DNA of 39,108 nucleotides, taken from positions 1 to 39,108 of the forward strand of contig JBDTLS010000001.1 in assembly GCA_039934655.1 (NCBI GenBank). The letters run 5' to 3'. How positions within the stretch are numbered: position 1 is the first letter of the stretch; every line of letters starts with the position of its first letter. The stretch is from Sphingobium sp. Lineage in GTDB: Bacteria > Pseudomonadota > Alphaproteobacteria > Sphingomonadales > Sphingomonadaceae. Below the pieces are notes generated by a model, which had not been told where the DNA came from, ran no database searches, and saw only the letters and a program-made list of their open reading frames with translations. Below are positions 29,265 to 38,170 of the stretch, one piece after another. The translations under genes were made by a program, and so were the position numbers.

Positions 29265-30952
29265 TGTCGGAGCAGGATTCGGCACCGGCGCGAGCGGCCC
29301 GGGATGCCGCAAAGCTCAATCGCCTGTATCGTGGCGTGGCGGCCGACAACGCGATTCTGGCCGCCCATGCCGAGTGGTTGCAGCAGGTCGTTGCCGTCCT
29401 TCACGGGAAGCGACAATGGTGGTGGTGGCTCATTCCCGCATGGCTGTTCCGTTCGATTCTTCTCGCGCGTTTGAAACGGCGGAACCTGTTTGACGACAAG
29501 GCCTATGCGCGAACGAACCCCGATGTGGCGAAAGCGAGGCTCGATCCTCTTCGCCATTATGCGCTCAACGGATTTCGCGAAGCGCGGCCGACCGGTCTTG
29601 CTGAACCCACGACCTTCGGGGCGAGTGATCTCTCAGCGAGGAATGCGCAATCGAGCGTCGATGATGCGCTTCGCCGACGGGTGATGGATTCGGGAATGTT
29701 CGATCGTGATTGGTATCACGCACAATATGGCGGATTGATCGAGGACGAAGTAGATTCACTTAGCGACTATTTCGCCGCGAGCGACGAGGACGTCCTGCGG
29801 GATCCCGGCCCGCTATTCTCCACCGCCTCCTATCTGGAGAGCAATCCGGATGTGCGCGGCATTCACCCTTTGCGGCATTTCGTGGAGCGCGGCATGGCCG
29901 AAGGCTGCCGGGCGTTCCCACCGGACAAGGTGAACGCATTTCTACTCGACGCCCCTCTGCAGGGGTTGCGTCCGCTCACCAGCTTTCTGAACCCCGATCT
30001 GCCGACGATCGTCCTGCACTGGGAAGACGGCAACTTCTTCTTTACCGACATCGCTGACTATGTGACCTGTTTTCTAATGGAAAAGGGTTTCGCGACCAAG
30101 AGCGTCGTTTCCGATGCTGGCATCGCGCCCGGCAGCGCGAATGTCGTGGTGGTCGCCCCTCATGAATATTGCGTGCACGGGCCGGGCAGATCCTGGTCGT
30201 CTGGGCAATTTTCCGACGCCGTGTACATCAACACGGAGCAATGGCACACAAGCTGGTTCATCCTGGCCTACCAGGTCTTTCGACGGTCGGGCAAAGTGCT
30301 GGACATCAATCCGGCTTCAGCGGCCGGCCTCGCTCTTCTGGGGATGCAGGCGGGTTTCGTGCCGATCCTGCCGCTACCAGGCAGCCCGTTCGCGTTCGAT
30401 CGCGTTGCAATCGCGGAAACGACCTTCCGTCTCAAAGCCATCAAGCCACTGGCCTATCCTGACGCCTTTGCGGACCGCCCTTACGATGTGGCCTTCCTGG
30501 GAGTGCTCAATGATCGCCGGGCACGTGCCTTGGCGGCGCTTGCGCCTACCCTCGCCGCATATGAGTGCTTTCTCCACGCACCGAGATTCGACGGGCCAGT
30601 CCGGTCGAGCGACCCGGATATGATAAGCATTCGTGATTTCGCGCAGATCGCCAGGCACTCGCGGATTCTCCTGAACGTCCATCAGGGCGAGACCCATTAT
30701 TTCGAGTGGCACAGGTTGTTCCTGTCCGGCATAGCGCAAGGGAGCGTTGTCGTGACTGAGCCATGCACCCCGCTCGGAGTCTTGACGCAAGACGAGCATT
30801 ACCTGACGGCCACGCTGGACGAAATGCCCGGTTTGATCGAGACCCTGCTGGGAACGCACCAGGGTCGGTTGAGACTGCAGGCGATCCACGAGAATTGCCG
30901 GAAGCTCATGCGCGAGATCGATGCCGGGAAAGGACTGGCTGCAACATGGTGA
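29264..30952 (+). CDS. Putative GT-B glycosyltransferase with Trp-rich segment and FD..Y..PDV repeats (paralog of 13052..14560)
   Basis: Shares DPGPLFST, EGN/DGNFFFT, VVVAPHE.C.HGPG, NTEQWHT.WF, NPASAAGL, RPYDV and YFEWHRLFL with the paralog; ATG at 29264 (TGATG coupling). Confidence 0.78.
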   Translation: MSEQDSAPARAARDAAKLNRLYRGVAADNAILAAHAEWLQQVVAVLHGKRQWWWWLIPAWLFRSILLARLKRRNLFDDKAYARTNPDVAKARLDPLRHYALNGFREARPTGLAEPTTFGASDLSARNAQSSVDDALRRRVMDSGMFDRDWYHAQYGGLIEDEVDSLSDYFAASDEDVLRDPGPLFSTASYLESNPDVRGIHPLRHFVERGMAEGCRAFPPDKVNAFLLDAPLQGLRPLTSFLNPDLPTIVLHWEDGNFFFTDIADYVTCFLMEKGFATKSVVSDAGIAPGSANVVVVAPHEYCVHGPGRSWSSGQFSDAVYINTEQWHTSWFILAYQVFRRSGKVLDINPASAAGLALLGMQAGFVPILPLPGSPFAFDRVAIAETTFRLKAIKPLAYPDAFADRPYDVAFLGVLNDRRARALAALAPTLAAYECFLHAPRFDGPVRSSDPDMISIRDFAQIARHSRILLNVHQGETHYFEWHRLFLSGIAQGSVVVTEPCTPLGVLTQDEHYLTATLDEMPGLIETLLGTHQGRLRLQAIHENCRKLMREIDAGKGLAATW

Positions 30953-31704
30953 TGGTTACCCAGGACTCGGTTTCGCTGTTTGAAAGTGGACCGCGCACCA
31001 CACGGGTATCGGTCGTCGTCCCGCTCTACAATTACGAGAAATCGATCGTCGAAGCGCTCGAGTCGGTGGCGGCACAGAGCTTTCGGGATCTGACGGTCAT
31101 CGTCATTGACGACTGCAGCGAGGATCGGTCGAGTGAGGTCGTGCAAGCTTGGATGGAGAAGCATGCCGATTCCGGCCTCGGGCTGATGCTTAATCGAAAC
31201 CTCGCTAATTCTCGACTTGCTACGACGCGCAATACCGGGCTTGCGCTCGCTCGGTCAGAATTCTGTTTCTTCCTCGATGCCGACAATGCAATTTACCCGC
31301 GATGTCTGGAGAAACACGTGGCGGCGCTGGATGCCAGGCCCGAGGCTATCGCGGCGTACGGCTTGATCGAGATTTTCGGCGCGCGCGCTGATATCATCGG
31401 CAGCAATGTATTTTATCGCGATCGATTAAGGCACGGCAATTATATTGATGCCATGGCGATGTTCCGGACACGATCGTTGCTCGCGCTTGAGGGCTATCAC
31501 GATATCCGTCATGGCTGGGAGGATTATGACCTGTGGCTTCGACTTTGCGCAGCGGGCGATCACGCCGTACAGGTACCGGAAATCCTGTCGCGCTATCGCG
31601 AGCATCGCGCCTCCATGCTACGTACCGAGACCAATATAACGGACAACCTGCGTGCCCTGAAGGAAGGTATGGCGAGGCGCCATCCGTGGCTAGACTTGCA
31701 CTGA
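30946..31704 (+). CDS. Stand-alone family 2 glycosyltransferase (paralog of the N-terminal domain of 11178..13055)
   Basis: VSVVVPLYNY, IDDCS, TRNTG, FFLDADN, GNYIDAM, HGWEDYDLWLR, HPWL; ATG at 30946 or 30952. Confidence 0.88.
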   Translation: MVMVTQDSVSLFESGPRTTRVSVVVPLYNYEKSIVEALESVAAQSFRDLTVIVIDDCSEDRSSEVVQAWMEKHADSGLGLMLNRNLANSRLATTRNTGLALARSEFCFFLDADNAIYPRCLEKHVAALDARPEAIAAYGLIEIFGARADIIGSNVFYRDRLRHGNYIDAMAMFRTRSLLALEGYHDIRHGWEDYDLWLRLCAAGDHAVQVPEILSRYREHRASMLRTETNITDNLRALKEGMARRHPWLDLH

Positions 31705-32091
31705 CGCAGCACCACCTGTCGCTGACCTCCGCGGCAGCCGCCTTCGGCGATGACAGACGGTCCCACTAACTGGTCAATCGAACGCAGAAGGCAATCCGCC
31801 AGCACATGCCGTTCCGGGCTGCAGTGCGAAAGAGCCTCCCGCGCCACCGACCGCTCGCCTATCGTCGGCCTGTTTTCGCCTGGATGCGAAGGTCGAGCCA
31901 GAACCCCCTGGCGTTGCTTCACGATCAACTCTCCAACAAATCCACCGATTTCGATTTTCCAAACCGGTTCCTATCCACTTTCGACCGGACTCGGAGCGCG
32001 GGCGCCTTGCACAGGAAGGCAACGTCACTATGAGAGTGCAGGCGCAGCATCAGGCCACTGCCAGCACGCAATAAGGCGGAGACGAGTTACA

Positions 32092-32410
32092 ATGAGCCAG
32101 GCGATCCCAATGTCACCGTTCGAGTTCCAGACGCTGGTCTGCGGCCCGAGCGGCGAACCTTGATTTGAAGAAGTCGCCACCGGACTCCGCAACCTTCTCA
32201 ATCAGCACGGCATGCTGACGTCCGGCGCGAGCATTTTGGATGTCGGCTGTGGCTGCGGACGGCTGGCGCGCAATTTGGTGGATTTGCCGATCGGTTCTTA
32301 CACAGGCTTCGACGGATACCCTGAAAGTCCACGACGACGCCTTCAACCTGTTCCATAGCGCTCGAGGCTTCTGGCGGACATCGGCGCACTGCCGTTTGAC
32401 GCGTCCCTGA
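32092..32410 (+). pseudogene. Class I SAM methyltransferase remnant
   Basis: One frame reads MSQAIPMSPFEFQTLVCGPSGEP*FEEVATGLRNLLNQHGMLTSGASILDVGCGCGRLARNL...YTGFD: SAM motif I with an in-frame TGA at 32161 and truncation afterwards. Confidence 0.75.
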
Positions 32411-32628
32411 GCGGAGCCCGGTCCGTTGGCTACGAGCACAATTGGTACCTCCTTACTCGTCGCGCACAGGGTTTGCGCGTTATGGCCGGCGCTGCCCCCC
32501 GAGACCAGGCCTTAAGCGGGAAGTTATGTGACGGGCGAAACGCCGGTCATAACCATCACCGCGGATATGATGATGAGAAAGCCACTAGAGCCGGCGCTTT
32601 TCGTCGCTACTGAGCCTCCGGCGCGGGC

Positions 32629-33390
32629 GTATCGGCCGTCTTGTTTGAGTGGGGAGGGAGCGCTCCTTGGGCCAGGTCGCGGTATATTCGGGGGTAGAGC
32701 GCCGCTGCCGAGCGGCTAGAAATTCTGTCGGAGGCATGCACACCGAGTGCCACCATCGCGCAGGTGGCGCGTCGCCACGATGTGTCCACGGCCAGACCAA
32801 CACATGGCGGCGTAACCTGCTTGTCCCGTCGCCGGCGTGGCCGGAGTCATCGGCGCTCACCTTCGCCGACGCCAGCCTGGTTCTGTGCTTGAGGCGGGTT
32901 GCTTCGCGCACGCCCGGCGCAAGTTCTTTGAGCTTGCCGACGTCGATCGCGCTCGAGGCAGTACGGAGGCTCTACGCCCTGTTCGACATCGAACACGCCA
33001 GCAACGGCAAGCCCGCCCCCCATCGTCTCGCGGTGCGCCAGAATCTCAGCGAACTCTTAATGATCGAGCTTCCCGCCTGGCTCGCCGCCCAGCGTGCCGC
33101 GCTGTCTCGTAACCACGTTCTCACCAAGGTGATCAACGATATGCTTCGCCGCTGGGACGCGTTCGTGCGGTTCCTTGACGATGGTCAAGTCTACCTCTCC
33201 AACGACGCGGCTGAACGCCCTGCGCCGTGTACCCTTGGGCAGAAAGGCGTGGCTGTTCTGCGGCTCCGATCGCGGCGGCGAATGCGTCGCGATCCTCTAC
33301 ACGCTCATCCAGACCGCCCTCAACGATATCTATTCGCAAGCCTGGCTCGCCGACATCCTCGCTCGCATTGCCGATCACCCCGCTAGGGTC
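32629..33390 (+). mobile_element. IS66-family remnant (tnpA fragment joined to the 3' part of tnpC)
   Basis: TnpA-like ERR...ATIAQVARRHDV..TWRR; TnpC-like CFAHARRKFFEL, ALFDIE, RFLDDGQVYLSNDAAE, LGRKAWLFCGSDRGG, YTLIQTA..AWLADILARIADHP, spread over several frames. Confidence 0.88.
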
Positions 33391-33654
33391 GAATTCGACC
33401 GCGTTGGCTATGTATGACCTTTTCGGCATCGCTAGCGTCCGAAACGCGAAAAATGCTTGTAGCCGAGCCGGCTATAGTCGCAATTGACGTTGCGAATCAG
33501 CTGGTTTTCTATCATGTCCCCGCTGGGAGCGGGCGACGAGGAACGACTCCGATTACTGAAGGAGGCGAGCAGTCAAGGCTCTATCACTGCGACATTGTCG
33601 ATGCTTCGGACATGGTGGCGGTCGCGGGCCAATCCTCTGCTCGACGATAAAAAC

Positions 33655-35612
33655 ATGAATCAGTCCGTTTCTCCTCTCGATAAAAAAAAGGTGGCAACTC
33701 CACTCTCAAGCGATGTGCGCAAAGGCATTCTCGTTCTGGGGATGCATCGGTCGGGAACGAGCGCCTTAACCAATGTGCTGCATCTACTTGGCTGCCAGCT
33801 GCCAAAGAATCTAATCGGGCCAGGGCTGGGAAATGAGCTGGGTCACTGGGAATCTGAGCCGATTGTGGCGTTTAATGACGACGTGCTGGCGTCAGCGGGC
33901 AGCAGTTGGAACGATTGGCGTCCCTTCAATTCGGGCTGGTATCAATCGCCGCTTTATCGAAATTTCGTGGCCCGCGGGCGAAACCTGCTCAGGGAAGAAT
34001 TCGAAGCCTCTTCCTTGTTCGTCCTCAAGGATCCACGGATTTGTCGCATCGCGAACTTGTGGCTGGAAATCTTTGCCGCGGAAGGGGTGGAGACAGCAGT
34101 CGTGCTGCCCGTGCGCAATCCGATCGAGGTCGGAAATTCACTGAACGATCGCGATTTGATGGACGTTGGATACGGACATCTGCTTTGGCTTCGCCATTTC
34201 CTCGATGCCGAAATTGCCAGTCGGGGGTTAAGTCGGATCTTCTGCACGTACGACCAGCTGCTGAACGATTGGCCCATGCTGATCGATCGCATGAAAGCTG
34301 CGCTGGGAATATGCTGGCCGCGGGTTTCCGCGGCGGCCGGAGTTGAGATTTCAACCTTTCTCAAGAAGGACCATCGTCACTATGTCAGTTCGCCAAGCCT
34401 GGCGGGCCACCAGATCTCACATTGGATATCTAAGGGCTATGACATCGCCGATCGCTGGAGCAATTCTGGTGAAACAGTATCCGACATGCGTATCCTCGAT
34501 TCAATCAGAAGCGAGTTCGATTCGGCCTCTGCTGCATTCGCGCACCTCCTTCTTCCCGGAACCCGGTCGGGTGTGGCAGGAAAGGGAAGTCGCCGGCGCG
34601 CAGAGCTTGAGCAGCTATTGGGCGATGCCGAAGCACGCGCCGGCGCGGCTGAAGCGGAGCTGGAGGGTATTCGACAAGAGCTCGGCGTGACCAAAGCGCG
34701 GGAGGCACTCCTGGCCGACGAGTTGCGACAGAAAAGCGATGCCTTGAACGATTTTGACGAGCTGGTGACGAAAATCGCTACTGCAGAGATCGAAATCACT
34801 CGTCTGTCCGACGTGGAACGGTCGCTCGGCGAAAGGCTTGAGCACAGCGAAGTGCTACTTGGTGAAAAAACCGCGCAACTCGATGCTGATGCTGCCAGAT
34901 TTAAGGAGTTGGCCGCCGAACGAAACGCGTTCGCTCATCGCCTGGCGGATGTCGAGAGCACCCTGCGTCAGCGTGAGGAGGAGATCGCCCAAGCGTGGTC
35001 CGAACTGGAAGCGGTGCGCCTTGCGAAAACCGACATGCAGTCTGAGTTCGATCAACTCGCCAAAGACGCGGAACGACAGTCTCGGCTTCGAGAGAAAATC
35101 AGATTGCGCAGTCCGAGCAGCGGATTGACGCGCAAATTGCACAAGTCGCAGACCTGACTGGCCCCTTGAGCTCGCGAGAGAATGAGGTCGCCAACAAAAT
35201 TAAAAAATTGTCGATGAACTGCAAGGCGAAATCAGCATCGTGCGTCAAGAAAATGCGTCGGCCAACATCGCATTGGCTGGTTCGCAGGCAGCTAATTATA
35301 ACTGACCAGCAATTGGCGTCGCGCATTGCTGCGGTAAGCGACCAGGAAGCCATTGCGCAGAAAAATACGCCGCGGATTGAGTGGCTTAGATCTGTTAACC
35401 AAATAGTCTTGGGTAGCGCGCGGCGCTGGCATTTGATCATGCCGCCAGGCTGGCGGCACAGGCGGGCGCTTCGCGCGCTACGGCGCAAGGGACTCTTCAA
35501 CGCCGATGCCTATCTCGAGCGCTATCCTGACGTCGCGGAAGCGCGGGTGGACGCGCTGCAGCATTTCATTTCGCATGGCATGTTGGAAGGCAGAAGCACG
35601 GGTTTGGATTGA
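33655..35612 (+). pseudogene. Sulfotransferase-family head + coiled coil + Trp-rich/repeat tail; frameshifted (ORFs 33655..35157 and 35166..35612)
   Basis: LVLGMHRSGTSAL (PAPS-binding P-loop-like), GHWE, LKDPR, RNPIEV, LLWLRH; coiled coil continues across frames near 35095, 35205 and 35300; tail homologous to that of 14576..16396. Confidence 0.78.
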
Positions 35613-35627
35613 TTGGCCACCTTGGCT

Positions 35628-36765
35628 TATACCAAGTCCCATGATCGTGACTCATGCGCTCATGATCGCAGTCCGATAGACATGATGCGCTACGGCTGAT
35701 CTACAAGGCGGTTTCATGCGAAGCAGCAGTAGTCGATGATGTCGGCGTAGGATTTGAAGATCCTGCTCGAGAGCCAGTTTCGCGCATGACCTGCCAGATT
35801 TTCCAACTGGATTGCGTTTTGGGCATTTCGACGGCAGCGCTAGCAAGGTGATGCTGGCGGTTACGGCAGCCCGCCCGAACCATGCCATTCCCCCTGATCG
35901 AGGAGCAGTGTGACGTGCGCGCCCAGCGCTACGGCGGCGGAGATTTCCGCCAGATGTTGGGCCATCCCTTGCGTGTTACAGCGCGGCGGCGCAAGCGCCG
36001 CACCCTTGCCCTCGGCCGTAGAGATCGCCCTATAGATATAAGCCGATGCCGTGCGCCGGTCCTTTGGCGCTGAAGGCCGGGTTCTACGACGCACCCGGCG
36101 GTGCGTGATCCCGTTCTTCTGGCCGACATTGCCTCGTCCTGCCGCATGGGAGCGTTACCCGGATCGCCGCCACGTGGGCGGAGAAGTTTTTTAAAAACGT
36201 CGGGATGGCCTCATCATCCTGTGCAGGATGGCGTGGCCGCGCCGACAACTCGCGATAGCCGATGGCGCGCAGTCCCGGCTATCGTCTGCTTGCTGCCTTG
36301 ATAGCGAGCTCGTCCCACGCACACCGCGCCAGATTGATCAATCGCCAGCGCGCAACACCGTGCGATGCCAGGATAGGACTGCTCTCGACGATCCGCGCCA
36401 AGGCCCGGCGCTGCGCGTCATTTGAGCAGCGGTGCGCTATCAGGGGCCGGCAGGTCGACTAGCCCTCCAGGACCAGCGACGTTGAACCGCAGCAAACAAG
36501 TGCTAACCGTCAACACAAACGCCGCCATGCTGCGCCGCCTTGCTGTGTGTCCCGCCCTCGTAAAATTGTCGCGAGCGCCAGCAGTCGACCGACCTGGCTG
36601 GCGTCATGGCTCGATCGCGCCAATGCACGCATCCTCGCCCTCGTAAATCAGCTCGAAGGTCCACCGCCGATGCCATCGCAAACGTCCCTTCGGCTCGCGA
36701 CCATTGAATCCAACATCAGCCTCTTTGGGAACCCCGCATGAGGCAGCGCTCACGGACTTGGTACA
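35628..36765 (-). mobile_element. IS630-family remnant with terminal inverted repeats
   Basis: TATACCAAGTCC at 35628 and GGACTTGGTACA ending at 36765 (inverted, 1 mismatch in the TA target); minus-strand fragments RLLALA, TASAYIY, QHLAEIS, LLLDQGEWH, RIFKSYADII and IMSIGLR, with many frameshifts. Confidence 0.88.
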
Positions 36766-37036
36766 AGATGGTCATCTTACGAAATGGGCCTATGCCAGCC
36801 TTCTGTGTTCGACATGGACGGCCCCATATACTTAAGAGAAATTTAGCAACGGCTGAATGATCGACCATTCCCGGTGCGTGGTAGTAACGTCGCGGCGCCA
36901 TCACGCCTCCCCGAATGGAGAGCCCGAATCATGCGGAACCACAAATCTCAAGCCAGCTCATGAGTTTGCGGCCTGGTCCGCTTGACGCTGCGACCGCGGG
37001 TCAGGCAAGCCATTGAGACACTACGTAGAGGCGCGC

Positions 37037-37831
37037 ATGGCCAGTCTGATCCAACATCTCCTCGCGCGAGCGAATCGCGCCCATTCGGTGCGCTCGTACA
37101 ACGCGCTGGTAGCGCGTTTTCGGCGGCAGTATCCCGGCGATTATGACATGGCGATGATCGCGTCGATTGGTGCGTTGTCGCTGCTTGAATTTGAGCGCCA
37201 GGGCGACGGTCACGTTGCGGTGCTGCGACATCACGGCCTGCGGGACGGAATGTCGATCTACGATCTTGGCTGCGGCTCGGGACGCACCGCGATGGCACTT
37301 CGGCGATCAGGTTGGCAGGGATTCTACAAGGGCGCCGACATCGTCAAACCGCTGGTCCAATATTTGAAATCCAAATGCCCCGACTACGATGCGGTCGTAC
37401 ATCGCAAGCTAACCATCGCAGCACCTGATGCCTCGCTGGATATGGTTTTTCATTGGTCGGTTTTTACGCATCTTTATCCAGAAGAATGCTTTCTCTACAT
37501 GGAAGATACTTTCCGCGCCCTGAAGCCCGGCGGCCGCCTGATCTTCTCTTTTCTTGAACTTGAAGATGCCAAGCATCATGGGGTATTCGAAAGCCGGCTC
37601 GGCCGTTTTCGTAAACACGGCTGGTCGGATACGCTAGATGTCTTCCTGCACCGCGACTGGATACGCTATTGGGCCCGGCGGATCGGTTTTGAGGATCTTT
37701 CCTTCACCGATGGCACGGACGAAACACACCATCCGCAATTCTGGCAAGCATTGGCAGCGATGACCAAGCCGGGGCGTGCCCAAGCGGATGCCCTGCTGAC
37801 GGAACACCCGACCGGCTATCTCGCAGGCTGA
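37037..37831 (+). CDS. Class I SAM methyltransferase (intact)
   Basis: IYDLGCGSGRTA, GADIV, WSVFTHL, LKPGGRLIFSFLE; ATG at 37037. Confidence 0.9.
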   Translation: MASLIQHLLARANRAHSVRSYNALVARFRRQYPGDYDMAMIASIGALSLLEFERQGDGHVAVLRHHGLRDGMSIYDLGCGSGRTAMALRRSGWQGFYKGADIVKPLVQYLKSKCPDYDAVVHRKLTIAAPDASLDMVFHWSVFTHLYPEECFLYMEDTFRALKPGGRLIFSFLELEDAKHHGVFESRLGRFRKHGWSDTLDVFLHRDWIRYWARRIGFEDLSFTDGTDETHHPQFWQALAAMTKPGRAQADALLTEHPTGYLAG

Positions 37832-38170
37832 GGCAATCAGATTGTCCGCTGAATCCGTTGAAATTCGTTCTTGTCACCTGCGGGTCACCCTGCGTGTCCA
37901 GAACGCGCGAGCCTCCGATCGCGGCTGGTGCCGCTATACATATCCATCCGGTGAGGCCGCGATTGGGGTGGATCCTATCGGTCGCGATGAATGGCGATAA
38001 GTCCCTTGAGGTTTTCGATGCCGAAGTCGCAGAACGCAATGATACCCTTAGGTGCGCGATGTCGTGGACCCAGATCAGACCATCTAGGTAGGTAATATGC
38101 GGCGAACGAGCGAACTCAGGTATGAATTGCGCCCATGCGCCTCCCTTAAAGAAGGTCTCGTCGTGCGGGG

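Noticed and set aside
31710-32090. Intergenic stretch as a possible IS remnant or small gene
   Set aside because: No convincing transposase motif or terminal repeat; the short ORFs lack support.
32161-32163. In-frame TGA as possible selenocysteine or readthrough
   Set aside because: The gene is also truncated downstream and lies in a decayed region; a nonsense mutation is the simpler explanation.
33682-33689. A8 tract near the 5' end of the sulfotransferase gene as a phase-variation switch
   Set aside because: Short, in frame (DKKK), and there is no evidence of variation without reads.
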